Part shown: piece after piece, positions 49,302-63,070 of the stretch
How positions within the stretch are numbered: the stretch's first letter is position 1
Layout of the letters: each line of letters starts with the position of its first letter
Made by a program: the position numbers and the translations under genes
Assembly: GCA_036172245.1 (NCBI GenBank)
Contig: JAYWIR010000030.1
Span: 124,001-188,000, forward strand
DNA: 64,000 nt
DNA from: Raillietiella orientalis
Taxonomy: Eukaryota
Direction: 5' to 3'
The notes under the pieces: generated by a model
Databases searched by the model: none
Told to the model about the DNA's origin: nothing
What the model saw: the letters and a program-made list of their open reading frames with translations, nothing else

Positions 49302-51053
49302 TGTTATTTACTCGCATCTGTTATTTAATATTTGAATTGCCGTTATGACAGGTAGCTAAATGCTCACTATGAGAAAAATGAAAATGTCCAATGGAATTCA
49401 AAGTTCGTATTCATTCCCGTGATAATGTACATAAACTTAGATTACATTATATTATTTGGAGAATGCATTTGACAAGAAAGTATTCCTTCATTATAAAGAT
49501 AAAAGACGTGTTTCATTTATGAGGTGGAAGATGAATTTTTTATTTTTTATTTTTTCATCATTCCTTGTGTTGAACCACCTTTATGGCTGAAGCAAGGTTT
49601 GTTCTGACTGCTCAATGTATGGCGATTCATTGGTAAATAAATGCAAGTGTTCAAGATTGTGCAGAATCGAATGTACGAATAAATTTAAAGTTTGATATTG
49701 GATATTATTTTATATTGTTTTATTATTTCCTTAAAATTTTCGAGTTCTTGGCATAAAAATACATAAATGGTTATGCATAAGTTGCCTATGTTTGTCACGT
49801 GTGCTTTTAAAAAACATCGTTTAAAGTATTGCAGGTGTCCTTGTGCTACCAAGGTGACCTTTTTTACCCGGAAGTAGTTATAATCGAAAAACCATGCATT
49901 CCCTTTTTCCAATTTGTGATCCACTTGCACTATTGAAACTATTGAGTGTATGTTTATTCGAGAGCAGCTCAAATGGGAAAGTGACCGTGCGGTAAGGGTA
50001 AAAGTAAAGGGTGCGGGCGGGCATTCGCGGGGCGAAGCGTCAAAGGTTATTTATTCGTAACCTTTCTCGAATTCGTTTATTTTGCCTTGTCCACGGCGAA
50101 GTCCCCCCCCCCCCCCCCCCCGGTTTTTACTTTGTGATGGTCGGAGGGAACCGGTGTTGGGGTTCGAAATTGGGTAACCTACGAGTAGGCGCAAGCCGCT
50201 TGCCCTGCCCTTTGAGTATTGCTGGAGGATGTGTCTCGTGTTGGGGATAGCAGCAGTCGATTCCGAGCTTGCGTGTGTGGTGCCTGTTCTTTCGGAGAAG
50301 GCGGTAACTCTTCATCTCGTGCAATGTAACACAGCCTTGTAACGAGAAATGCCCAACGTGCGTACGATACTGAGCTGTGTACGAACGCTGTATACCCGAA
50401 GGATGCTCCTCAAAGAATGCCAGCGGCGAGGCACCCTCTCCACGGATCGTCCTGGCCGACATTCGTAATGTGACCCAGGACGGTTCGGGAAGTTGCATTC
50501 TCCATGGTGAAGGTCTCAGCCTCGACCAGAGAAGCTGTTGAACAGAGCGTGCCTCTTCACGTTAGCTGGAAAAAACACGATGTAAGATGAAACACTTATT
50601 GTAAAACGTGGTAACCCGAGCAGCAATCTCGTATCCTTCCCAGAGAAACCTCCCATTTGCGATGTGAGGTTTCTTCAGGTGAAGAGGTGACGTTCAGCGA
50701 CAGCGTGAGCGAGGAAGAATGGGATCCGGGATGCAGTACGTTTCCGCACTTGTACGTCGAGTGTGAATTGTACTTGGTTTTCCGATCGAGTCGAGCAGAG
50801 TGCAAAGGGTTGCCCAATTGCGGTTTACCTCGCGAGCCGGGGTGCATCTTTTGCCGATGGGGAAGATGAATGTGTTCAGCTGCCTGCGTTGACTCCAACC
50901 TGTACGTGTGTTTTGTTTCTGTAGAAAGTTTTTCCGTGTGCAAAGTTTGCCATGCGGATTCAGTTCTGAGATCCCATGATTTTGAATTTTGCTCTCCGTC
51001 CAGCAACGGTCCCCAAGAACAAGCCCTATCCTATCGTAGTATTATTCAGGTCA

Positions 51054-54000
51054 ATGAGTGCACAGAATCCAGAAACCGTGAAACGTAAGTGCTTGCATAA
51101 TTGAAGCTTGATTTGTGAAGAAGTACGTTTCTGACCCCCCTCCCCCCCCTTTTTTTTTCTTTTTCCAATATTCTTTTAGAGCACTGGCTAAATATGCCCT
51201 TGAGTGAAAAAAGGAGCCATTACTTGTGTGCTTCGAAATACGTTACTCTGGATGCTATCCCACCATGGCCAGTGTACTATCAAAATCATGTGAAAGGTAA
51301 CAGCTAGCCGTTTCAAATGTACATCTGTCGTGTACTGGGTGTGCTTCATTGTACTGTGCGTGTTCGTATTTTGTTAAGGGTTGTGAATTCTTTCCGGGAC
51401 GTGCTACTGCGCGAAGATTTTTCAATGATTCGAAGCCATGGATAAGTGTGGTAGCAGTGTGTAAAGTGCCCGTTGTACATTTACCTATGTTTCTTGTATG
51501 TAAACTCGTGAACTGTATATTTTGGAAAACGTGGATCTCGGTGCTGGACACTGAGGGAAGTGTGAAAGTTTGCTTGCGGCTGCTTCGTGTCTTCGAGAGG
51601 CACCGACGACTTGGTGAATGCGCGTTCTTCCGTCGTTGCGGTTCGTGGACCACGGGTTGTGTGACTTCCCGTTTTTTCTGTACATTTGCTGTGATTCCCG
51701 AATTTCAGCTTGCTCTCTGGAGTCATTGACAGCACTCGTTTCGCGAGGATCTTCAATTTTGTAATGCATGTGATTGCATTTAAAATATGCTTTTTTTTTT
51801 TTTTTTCCAGTAAAAATAAATACTTATGTATGTGTGTAAAGAAAAGTGTATGTGTTTGCAAAATAAATAAGTGGAAATATGAAATACGTTTGAATGTTTG
51901 AAGTTTCTTTGGAAAATCAAGCATTTTTTCTCTTGGGAATTCATTGCGTTTTATTTATGTTGAGAATGATCGCGTCTTTTGGCCGCTGTTTGATTTCCGT
52001 CTTGGCTGCTTTAAATGAGTTGTACGTCATAGCATGCCTGTGCTTTTAAATGGAAAAGGAACTCCATGTGAAAAGGATGCCTTCAGAAATCTTTTGGTTC
52101 CTCCACGTTACGCGTTAATGGATTCGTAAGAATTGGGAGTGCACATTAGACGCGTGCATAATACGTTACCATAAATGTATAGGTTTTGCCAGAGGAAAAG
52201 TTGCATGTGTGATGTGTACGCCCATGGTGCGGTTCGGTACAAACGTGGAAGTGGTCACGTGTGGGCATCCTCTTGCGCGAACTCGGTGTCACGAAGCTGA
52301 CCCTCCAGGGGCAAACCTCGCATGTGTGCCTTATTGCCTCTCGGGGTTGCAGCGGCTGAAAGATGCTGCGACTCCCGAAATGGTGAACATCTCTTATCAA
52401 AGGGGCTGCACGCCTGTCTGGTATCAAACACAAAAGTGCTTCACCAGATTGATGTTTATTCGGTGGAAGGTGTTTCCAAGAGTTCGTGATGCGTGATGGC
52501 GAGCATTAGGAAAGGATGACCTTTCTAAAGCTCGAGGGATAATTTGTCGATGTTGCAACATTCGAAAGATTACTCGTGTTATCTGTAAATGTGTTGATTC
52601 AATAACTGTTCCCAAAATGCACGTTATCTGCTGCGAAACAGCTGGAAAGTTCCAATTTTAACAACGTTCTTGTTAAAATTGGAACTTCACATGTGTTCTT
52701 GTAGATTGGAGGGAAGGGGGGGGGGGAGAGAGAGAGAGAGAAGAAGAAGCAAGGGAGCTCAAAAAATTAGAAAGCAGTACACTTCCCATAAGGAAGGAAA
52801 ATGTGAAATACTTCTCAGAAACGAAATATAAATAATGTTTGTCCCTTCTGCATGCATTTTTTTTCTTCATAAGGAAGTGCACAGTTTATTATTCTTAATG
52901 GATTCGTTCTTCCATCCATTCTTAATTTCAAGTTAAACTCTTATATATCAGGGTTTTAAAAAGTTTAAATCAGCTATTATGCGTTCGTGTACCATTTTTC
53001 ATTTGCCACATTTGTTTTTTTCTTGGAGAGCTAAGGAGCCCTTGACTGAATTTAGAGTATAATACAGAGATTCGTCATCTTATTGTTTTGCCTCCCCTTA
53101 AACGTTGGATAAGAGAAGAAGGAAAAAAAAAAACCGAAAATCGAAAAGGTACAGCCTGCGTATCTGTACACTTTGAAGTTGTTACATAGCGTACTAGTTA
53201 TAAACTTGTATGCTACGTAAGCATCATGTTATAAACGTAGAGCTCGTTTCCGGAGGATTCCTCGCGGAAGTGCAGTGTTTCCAGGGAACGGACTGTTACA
53301 AAAAGCTGCAGCGTACACTCGGTGTACAGGTAAAGTGCATGTAACCGCCTCATGTCAACGAGCCGGGTCCGTGGAGTAGTCTGGAGGGAGTAGGGGAGCA
53401 TCTCGTAGGTTCTGGCTTCCAGCTTGTCATCTGGAGACGAATGTCGAAATAGGAAACCGGCAGACGTCCAATTAGGGAAGTACCCACGGATCCGATGTTA
53501 TTGGGCTCGTTAAATGTTTCAGTGAATTTTGCGGTTTCTCCTATTCCGAAGCAAATCATAATATTCAACGTTCGTGCAAAAATTCAGTGCAGAGCCAACA
53601 ACATCTCTGATGTTTTTGCGGCCCTGTTTGGTTTCTGCTTGCCTTTAATTCTCCGATATGTGGCTATGCTTGATCGTCCGGCATCCGCAGTTGCTGCTGA
53701 CTGTTAAATGTGAATGCTCTTTCAGAGATTTCGGCGGAGAGAAAATTCCCCGTGCACCATGGCATCAACGAGACGGTGTCCATATGGCGAGGGGACATCA
53801 CAACTCTGGAAGTGGATGCCATCGTGAACGCTGCTAACAAAAGTTTGCTTGGCGGAGGAGGAGGTACGAGGGTCACATGCAGGAAAAAAAAAAAAAAAAA
53901 AAGCATTGCATGCCAAAGAAGGGAAACACTCCTTTCCCGTGGGTAAAACTGCCCATTCCGCGACGAGCCCTCTTCATTTGAAAGGGGGTTCCACGGTGGT

Positions 54001-57000
54001 TGAACGAATTCGTATTGTGGCGGGCAAGCGAAACAAAAAAACACGCACGCAATGTACGCAATGAATACCGATTCGTGAGGTGAGCTCAGATCAGCGGTGT
54101 CATTGGCATTCAAGGTACACCATGGTGATCTTGTGATGCATCCGCCTATTCGGTAGGGATCCTTGCCGTGTTTCGAACTCACCATGCCTCGAAAAGATAT
54201 ATAGGCAGGCCGCGATCGGCGTGCATCCGATGAAATGGTCGCGTAGGTGGTGGCCGCGAACCGTGGCCTTCCTGTTAATTTAGAAAGAAAAAAGAAAAGC
54301 AGGTGAAAGGCAAGTGACTTTTGCTGGTGAACATCATGTCTTCGGCGACGTCAGAATTCGTCAGACTTTCGTCCGCCGTGCCTGTCGCTGCTCTTTCGTC
54401 GGATGGGCTGCACACTCGAAGCAGATTGGAATAGTAAGGATAAAGGCAAAGAACAACCGAATAGCAGATCCTTCCGCCGAGTCAAATAAACTGTAATGGC
54501 GTATTTGGTGAATTCAGGCAACTGTCATATACTGGGTAATGCAATTACCTAGTGTATGAGTAGTTACTCATATACTTCGTAAAGTAAATACTTTCGGAGT
54601 GGTGGCGAAGGACAAACGGAATGCTTTCGAGGCATCACCAGCGGAATGGACAAGTCCGTGTTCTGTATCGGAATGCAAGTTTGCCTTTTCAGAATGGCTG
54701 CTTGTACAAAGAAAGAATCGGTACAGGCTTTTTGATACGTCTTGGAAACACGTGTTTCAGGGGCACGAGGCTCTGAGAGTTCGCACTGTAAGGGTCTTCT
54801 GTATGTTGTGGGGTTTGACCGGATGTCCTATTCGTGGATGTCGAAGCGTGAAGAGCATTGCTCTCGCATGGTTGGGTTGAGTTTCAGTTTTTGCCCTGTG
54901 GTTAAACATTTTGGATTCTTTGTGGCTGTTTTGGTTGAAGCGCTGGACTTCGTGTTGTTTGCCTCCCTTGTTGCTGGCTTTCTTTTTGCGTTCTTCTCTT
55001 GTCGACTGGAATGTCGAGTCAGCATAGGATTTGCTTCCTCACCCATGAAGACCAAATTTTGACTCTCTTCCTTCGTAAAAACTTCTCTCAACATAGCCAA
55101 GGATATTCTCGCTTTGGTAATTTTACGTGTTCGTGAAATAATTTGTCTTCTGCGTCCAGCTGGCTGTTTTTCGGAACGCGTGTTACTTCCCTCTTCATGG
55201 CCGTATTCCTCCTTGTGCCTTCTTTCGTTCAGAATTTCGGCTTGCTTAGGTCTGCCTTGTTGTTTGCTGTTGTGTCATTTCATTTCCTTTGGCAGTCTTC
55301 GTGTAAGCACGGAGTCTCGTACTCTCATGAAGGCAGTTCGTGCTTATTTTGGAAGATGTTCTTGCAACCGAAATTCGGTGTCATTTTTTTCCCAGTATCT
55401 TAATCTTCCAAGCATAGGTATCAGAAAACGAGAAAGCTTCCCGCTTGCTGGTGCAGAATTTCGTTCCTGTTCGTACACAATGGTTCACGCAATCATGTTG
55501 AGCAGTGGATGCTGATGTTGGCAAAATGCTCTTTGCCTCGTTGTGAACCGAAAGGAATGTACTTGCCTTCCCGCCCTCGGTCGCTATGTCTTATTCTTCT
55601 TGGCTGCTCAGGCAGTGTCTCAGCACAGCGCATTTCGGTCTTTGCGCGGCCTAGAAGGCTGGCTCTGTGGATCGCGGAAGTGGCATCGATGGTTCCGCCG
55701 CCAAACAAGACACGATCCCCAATATCCTGATGCTGAGGAACAAGGGCGTTGCACCAGCGTTGCCCTCAGACCTTTCTCACACGCCCTAGCAGGTAAAAGT
55801 GATCATTGGGGTTGATCGGAGACCCCGGAAAGGGCACCTTGAGTGTATTACGAGATGCCGTGTGGTCCTTCGCCGCTTCCGATCCGGATTAGAAGCTATG
55901 AATTTGTTTACTCGAGGCTGTGCGTTTGGTCCATTTATCTTCTTCCAAGCTAGGCAGTTCCTTCTTGCATGTTGGGTTTTTGATATCAGGCTGTCTTCAA
56001 GCTCAAGCTGTTTGTGAAATATCTGGTGAAGTCTTCGTGAGCCCTTAGGAGGTTTCATCGGGTTATTCAAGTTAAACTCTGAATTCTCCAAATTTCATTT
56101 CAAATGTTGGCTTCTAATTTCACTGGCTTTTTCTAGTGGACGGCGCGATCCATAGAGCTTCTGGACGACATCTCAAAGAAGAATGTGCTGCTTTAAATGG
56201 TTGTGAAACCGGCAGGGCCAAGATTACGGGTGGCTATAAGTTGCCTGCAAGATGTAAGTTGTCGTCGAGATACAGTTGAGGAAAGGCGTAAATGTCTGGA
56301 TCGTGGATGTTGACGCGTTTTGTGATAAAGTGCGGAGTGAATTATCAGACAGCCTAATAGAGAAACGTATTAGAAGAGCAGCATGGCCGAAATTGCGAGT
56401 GCAGAAAGTACTTCAGGTCTCCGCGCCCAGCGTCCGTCAGCTTCCTGTTCAGACGGCGCAAACTCTTCTGACCACGATTTAGAAAGCGGATCAGCGGTTG
56501 TGTTTTGTGGTTCGAATGTGCGCGTGGCGGTAGGACTTTTTCCTGCCGGGCAGTCCAGATTCGGGAACGCTGACTTTGCGCTCGGCAGGAAGCTTGCCGG
56601 GAGTGGCTGGCTGCCCGTTCCTTCACGACGACTTTTGATCCAGAACATTTGAGTGCTCGCCGCGTTAAGATGCTGCGCTAACGTGTTTCTAGATGTGATT
56701 CACACTGTGGGACCAGTCGGTGAGAAACCAGATCTGCTGGCTTCGTGCTATGAGTCTTGCCTCAGCATCGTAAGCCAGTACAGTTTGAAAATAGTGGTGA
56801 GTACAGGAACAAAAGGTATTCGTGCACGTTGTTGTAGGCATTCCCCTGTGTATCTACTGGGATATACGGTGAGTAGGATTACCCACGAACCAAGATAAGC
56901 AATCCATCACGATGTGTCCTCCGAACCAATGTCGCTAACTGTCCTTCTCTCTCATAAGGGTATCCCAATAGAGCTGCTGCCGCCATCGCTTTGAACGTCG

Positions 57001-57881
57001 TGCGCAAATATCTAGAAATCAGCCATCAGCAGGTGTCGTTATGTTTTTCTTTTTCGTATTTGTGTTGTTTTAAAAGGAATTACCGATGACGAATTTCATT
57101 TTGCAAGTAGCTGCACGGTGTTTGGCTTTCCGGAATGCGAATGCTTTGGCCGCTCGCTGCATTCTTCTGCACGTAACCTTAACGAAATATCAAAGCTCGT
57201 CTCCGTGAGGGGTGGTGCATACTCCCTCAGGGAGAACGCTCTCGAGCGTCTATTTGGGAGAGATCCACGAAGTGAGGTCACGTGGTATGTGTACGGGTGT
57301 GTGTGTACATCCGATGTACGTTGGCGTTTACATAGGGCGTGGTGGTATCACATCGAGTGTCCACAGTTCGCTGTGGACCATGGGTTTCCTCTATTCGCAA
57401 GCTTTCGCATCCACCGTTCACAAAGGGTTTCTCGGGACCCCTATCAAAATATCAGCAGTGTGTATGTCATTGGTTTGCTGATTTGTGATTTCGAGTGCGA
57501 GCGAGAAAGCTGCTGCTGCCGTAATTCCCTGCACGTCTGAATCCCGAGCGGCGTGTAATAGCGGGAATCCTTGCATAAATGTTCCAACGCGTGCTGTAGA
57601 ATCTCCCGAGTATTCTTCCTTCGACGATCAAAGTGATATGTGCCATTACGTTTGATGTGTACTTTCGCTCGCTACCCTTAACGAGTGCTTTGCTTCCGTG
57701 TGTACGTACCGAAAGTACGGATGCTCAAGCCAGACCCGACGAGTTGCGCTCGCCTTGACCTGCGCAGGCCGTGCTAACGAGTTGCATCTTTTAGATGGAG
57801 CGCGTCATCTTCTGCCTGTTCCTCGACCAAGACGTCGCTATTTACGAAGAGCTCATGCAAACATACTTTCCTGTAAAATAG
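51054..57881 (+). CDS. MacroD-type macrodomain ADP-ribose glycohydrolase (MACROD1/2-like), complete
   Basis: Exons: 51054-51084, 51180-51296 ([20 protein letters not shown]), 53726-53863 ([26 protein letters not shown]), 56137-56253 ([26 protein letters not shown]), 56693-56796 (VIHTVGP), 56838-56868 ([10 protein letters not shown]), 56959-57032 (GYPNRAAA), 57795-57881 ([13 protein letters not shown]). Phases are consistent; the start exon is less certain. Confidence 0.93.
54620..56090 (-). mobile_element. Decayed non-LTR retrotransposon (RTE-like) ORF2 fragment in a MACROD intron
   Basis: Minus-strand order of EN-like, linker (KREVTRV..) and early RT-like ([21 protein letters not shown], like GD..C.NYR.ISLL..Q.GF) remnants; heavily disrupted. 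Confidence 0.4.
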
Positions 57882-59027
57882 GGAAGCACCTTGATGATGT
57901 TGGATCTTCGAGTGGCCATCGATGACCACCTCGTGTCAGAAGCGAGCTTCGTTTTTCCCTTCGTTTCATGTAAGAATTCTGTAAAGACGATCCTTATTTT
58001 AAAATTAGAAAAGTGAAATTAATTAAAACGTTGGTAAAACCAAAAAATAATATTTATCTATTCATTTTTTTTTTTTTTTTTTTCTCCAAGAAAGTTCACG
58101 TATGACTTCCATCGTCCTTCAGTGTAATGTTTACGCCAACAGGAAACTTGATTTTAAAAAAGGATAGAAACGATTGATTCTTTGCTAATTGATTGCTTAC
58201 CATCGTGGCGTTTTTTAATGAGAATTCTGTATCCCTTTCTTTTGTTTACGTCAGCACACAGAATTCGAGAGTAAGCAGAGTAAGAGTTGGCTATCAAAGT
58301 GTTCGCCTGCAGGCTTACTACACCTACTCCACGCCTCCTTACATTCCACCGTAGTCCTTCTTGAAGACGGAGCTGATGTGCTTAGAACACATCAGCTCCT
58401 TCGCGCCGATGTGTAGTTCTAAACACCGAACACTTTTCGGAGGCATCTTGAAGAAAAGGAATCTTTCACAGCTCTTGGGTTAGAACCGAGTGTTAGCTGT
58501 TAGTGGGTCATGAACTCTCAGATTAGTTAGCTCAGAACGAAAACGAGAAGATGTCTTGGGGGAATTGGAGCAGAAGGTAAAGCGCAGTTCCATCCTGGGT
58601 TTTTTTTTTTTTTTCCTCTCGGTGTTGCGAAGTTTTTTCACGCTTCTGTGTTTCGCACGAGACTGTGTGGGGGTGAACCGTACGAAACCGTTGCTAAGTA
58701 GCTGGTCTTCTCGCATCTTTCTCTGGCAGTGTCGACGTTAACGTCGTGGTGTTAGGACCTGCACGGGGTCCTGCATGGAGTTCTGTGAAATGGGCAGTGG
58801 ACATCTACGATGAATTCTTCATTACAATGCTAATCATTACTCTCCTTGAGTTTCTGGAAACGCTCTAATCCTTCAACTTATCGCTTAATGTGGGAATAGT
58901 ACGATGCGCTCCAGTGCTGAGCGAAAAATGATTTCCATAGCTCATAACAGGGACAGAAGATGATAATCGTATTCCGCTGTTAATTCAGATGCAAATCCCC
59001 CACGTGGAATTGAGAACGCGCCCGCCC

Positions 59028-59850
59028 GCGTTGGAGGCCTTGTGGTTAAGGCTTCCGCGTGTGGCACCACGCGTCGCGGGTTCGAATACTTCGGCAGAAA
59101 CTCGGGCGTGGCACCGGCGGTGGATTAAGCCGGAGGCCCCCGATGAAGACCGGAACAATGGGAAATTGACCTTCGGGTCTCCCCAGGAATCAAGGAGTGG
59201 GGAGTTCCCCATCCGGTCGTGCAACGGAGAGCGGACCCCCCCACTGGGGACCCCTCCGGTTTCAAGATGGAGCAGCAGCCCTCACGGGCAACCTCTCCAG
59301 TTGTTTAAAGGAGTGGACTCCCCCCTGTTGTGGGGGGAACTCTCCGAGTCGTTGCCTCTCCAGAGAGTGCAAGGAAGCAAGCGAGAGAGATTCCCTGCGG
59401 GAAGCTGCAGCGCCCCTTCTGAGAAATTTCGGAAGCGTCCCTTGGGAGTTCTCTTCAGAGGAGTGAACAGGAGCGGTTCCCTTGCGGGTTCCCTCTGGAG
59501 AAGAATTTCCTACAAGCGGATCCTTTCCGGGTTCCCTTCGGAGAAGTTGAAATGGAGAGGACCACCCCCCTCCCAGGGGGTGTCCCTCCGGAGAGAATGA
59601 GGAAGGAGATTCCCTTCGGGGTTCCCCTTCGGAGACAACCAGGGTGGGAGGTGCGATCTCCCCCCCTCCCGGGTGGATCCCTCCCCTAGCGTGAGAGGAA
59701 CGGACTCCGAGCCCTTCCTGGATTCATAGGGCGGACCCCCATCCCGGGGTGCCCCCTATCCTGAAGAATTACACGCCCCCCTGCGGGCTGCCGCGGGCGG
59801 AGGGGCGTGGAAACAAAACAGTGTGTTAAAAAAAAAAAAAAAAAAAAAAA
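59028..59850 (+). mobile_element. tRNA-derived SINE, copy 4 (near full length, followed by an A-run)
   Basis: GTGGTTAAGG..GTGTGGC..GCGGGTTCGAAT (B-box 59079-59087), the shared body with about five tandem ~40-nt units, the 3' block ACACGCCCCCCTGCGGG, and poly(A) at 59828-59850. Confidence 0.82.
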
Positions 59851-61519
59851 GAGAACGCACTCTGTCGTGTGAAATTTGCACAGTCCCCACGCGCCTTGCT
59901 GGGTTACTCTTTAAAAGCTGCAAACAAATTGTCATGGTGGCAAAACACTGAGCTTTTCGATTTTAGGTCTCCAAACCCCAATGCCCCTGTTAGTCACCCG
60001 GTGAGACCAAGTTGTATGCTCACCCATTGGCGGGGCCCCAGGCACGACCACAGGATCTTGACGCGGCAAGTTAGATCCCATTAGCGCTGGCCGCACTAGA
60101 ACGAGCCTCTCTCCCTACTGGCACACCTTGGGTCTGAATATATGAAGCAAAATTCTCAAGCAGTTTCATTTCTTGGCTCACTCCCCTGGAGGAAATTCGC
60201 GACAGAGCTGTGGTTGTGATGCGAGTGGTCTCAACGAGCGCCAACGCGAATTTTTTTTTGAACATCCCCAACACACTGTGGTTCGACGTTGTGGCCATCC
60301 TGTCATTTTTTTTTTTTTTTTTCCCAATGCAGCTTTAGGGAGCAAAGTTTTTTTTTTTTGGAACGAAGGCACCTGGTGCGGGTCCAGGATCCTAACGGAT
60401 GTCACAAGGTATTGACTGTGGCGCACCCTGCTTCCGACTAGGGTCCAAGACACTTGGCAGTTAGCTCTCAGGTTGAGTAACCTGCATGCTCGAGGCCGTG
60501 GTCTTCGACGCGAGGGTCCGTCACTGACTGCCGTTGCAGTTTCAGAGTTTCCCTCAAAGTAAGCATTTCCCTGTTTCGGGCTCACCAGAAAGTTTTTTCA
60601 ACTCCTTTTGTTTCGTAATGGATTGCCTCTCGGAGTTCGCCTTTTTGCCGGAAGCAGGTGACCCCGTGGCAACGTCAGCTTTCCCATTCATTTCGACGGA
60701 GGAACACACTCGATCCCGAGCGGGATCAGAACGCCGGTGCTCATCTCAAGGATCCCTTTCCTGCCCACCTACTCCGTTAGGCATTTTAGAAGGAAACCAT
60801 TCTGCAGATTCGAGCATACTGCAAATCTCAAAATGAAAGTTCACAGAGTACACGGATTTCAGTATACCTCTTCCATGTGCTTTTAAACATGTGATTCCTC
60901 CCCCCCCCGCAGAGGTCACATGCTACGGCCGACTCTTTTATACAGCAAGAATTTGTCAACAGTGAACTCATACGGTTTACTGTAAATGTGCGAAGCACCA
61001 GATTTTTATCAGGTAGTATCCCTGCCAACGGGTTAATGCAATTTTCAAAAAAGTCTTTGAGAGCGCGGAAAATGGGTCAACGCGGTTGTCTACTTCAGAA
61101 TAGAGTGACGGAGTGGGACTGCACGCTCTACAGAAAGGGTATTTATACGAAATAACCGAATATCAGATGAATCAACGGAACAGAAGTAAAAATGCCGAGA
61201 TGAGCGCATTCCAGAGTTGTGAAGTTCAGGGGAAAAAAAAAAAAAAAAAAAAATGGCTGTGATTTGTTTTCTCATTTCAGGTGTTTTCCTCACAAACAAA
61301 CTCGATGGTGTTACCTTTTTGATTCCTGCGATTTTCGGAACGGTGTTATACGTGATGAGTAGGCAGATGTTAGATCTCGTGTGGAATTGCATTCCTGCAG
61401 TCTTTCATTTACTTTCGCGCTCTCGTTTGTGCGGTTTCCCTCTTCTCTTAAAGAGCATCATTTTCAGCTTGCACTGTGCGATCCGTGATCGGAAAGTCTT
61501 TTATCCTAACGTATTTGCG

Positions 61520-63070
61520 TTTATACAGGGGAAGTCCCGAAAAACATTAGGAAGGCCCCTTTGGGTTCAGTACGTAGTACTTGACTCAAGATGCGCTGGA
61601 ACTCGAGGGACGCATGTACTGGAATCGGAACCCAGGGTCGAGAATGTGTTCCACAATCTGCAGATGTCTTGAGGAATTCAGGATTCCCGGATTAAACATT
61701 TCTTATTTGGGATTCGAATTCTAATGCTTCACTGTGAGTGCTAGCAAAACAAATGAAACCTGCATTGCTTTACGAGTCGTGTCCCTCTTTTTTTCCCTTT
61801 CTGGCGTATAAGTAGAGTTGTATCAAGGCAGGCTGGCCCCCTCGGCACATAAGCTGGCAGGCCGTGGTGATCTGGGATACCGGACACGTGCCTGCCTTCA
61901 GATCAGCTAGAGGTCGTCTCGTGTCCGAAAGGGTGGACCTACTCTGTCCTAGCCAATGCCGCCCCATCACCCTTGTGAACACCGGCATGTGTGGACACTG
62001 CAGAAATTGAACAGGCAGTGGAATCTGTTGTTTGTCCGGAACAGACCTATGCGGCCCCGGGTAGAACCGTGTATGCCCACCTACTCTATGCCTGCACCAA
62101 GCTCCGATTATGAGAGCGAGAGACCGCGGCCTCTTCCAGATGTGGCGCAAGCTGCGCGTGAGGCTTCTGAGACAGGAGGAGCACTGTCTCTCGCAGTCTA
62201 CCTGCGTGGGACATTCGACTGTGCCGATGGGAAATGCCCTCAAGCTGCAGCAATGGTTTCATGCACCGATGTCGACCAACCTTCTCCGCTACAATCCCAG
62301 GCTAGGCGGTCTGCCCACTACAGGTCCCTTTCGTAATGCGATCATGTAGTGAATTTGCCAAGCAGAAGTAAAAAATAATATACTGAAGGACCAGTGGTGT
62401 CGATCCCTGGAGGACGTTAGTCCTGCGTTGTTGAATCATGTTGGAAACACTGCCTACGACCTCCGTCTTAAAAGTGCCTGATTTGCGCTGAAGGAAAGAA
62501 GGTTCCCAAAGGAGAGCACTGCAGCTGAGGATGCAGTTTAACGAACGGCCAAGATTCGGCATCGACATCGAGGACTTGACCTTTTGCATTCGCTGTACTC
62601 CATCCTAGCTTGCCCTCTTGAGCCTTGCTACGTTAAGGCTGCACACACCGCAAAGTCGATCAGGATAGTGCGCAAATTCACAATGTGTTGGTGTATCATA
62701 ACGGGAAGAGGGTACGCCACCCATCAACTATGACCCGAAGCAACTAAATCCAGCAAGTTCCTCAAAGGTTGGACGTAACGCGTCTCTGGGAAAACCTGGA
62801 ACAGTATTTACCGGCAAGTCATTGGTAAATCACATGCGGTGCCATGGTAGCGGATATAATAGACCTACGGACCAAAGGTCCATGAAGTCGGGAGGGACAG
62901 AGAGAAAGCAAAAGGTCGGCTACTTCCGAGGATCCTACTGGCAGTTGCCTAGTGATCAAGACACTCCTAGTGTTCGCGATTTTTTGGAGCTGAAAAACCG
63001 CAAGCGGACTCAAGAGGCATCATTCCTTCAGGAAGGCAAAAACCTCTGGAGTCTTCAGTTCTACCACTAA
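61520..63070 (+). mobile_element. Decayed Ty3/Gypsy RNase H-integrase fragment
   Basis: LGRPLWVQ (RNase H-like), KLNRQWNLLFVRN (pre-zinc-finger integrase segment), RFGID..RCTP (like GI.K.RTTPYHP) and GYNRP..KSGG..KVG..W (GPY/F-like tail); disrupted. Confidence 0.5.

Noticed and set aside
59138..59170. Hammerhead ribozyme-like CCGATGA..GAAA in the SINE
   Set aside because: The CUGAUGA core is imperfect, stem II is not formed, and the motif is absent from the other copies.
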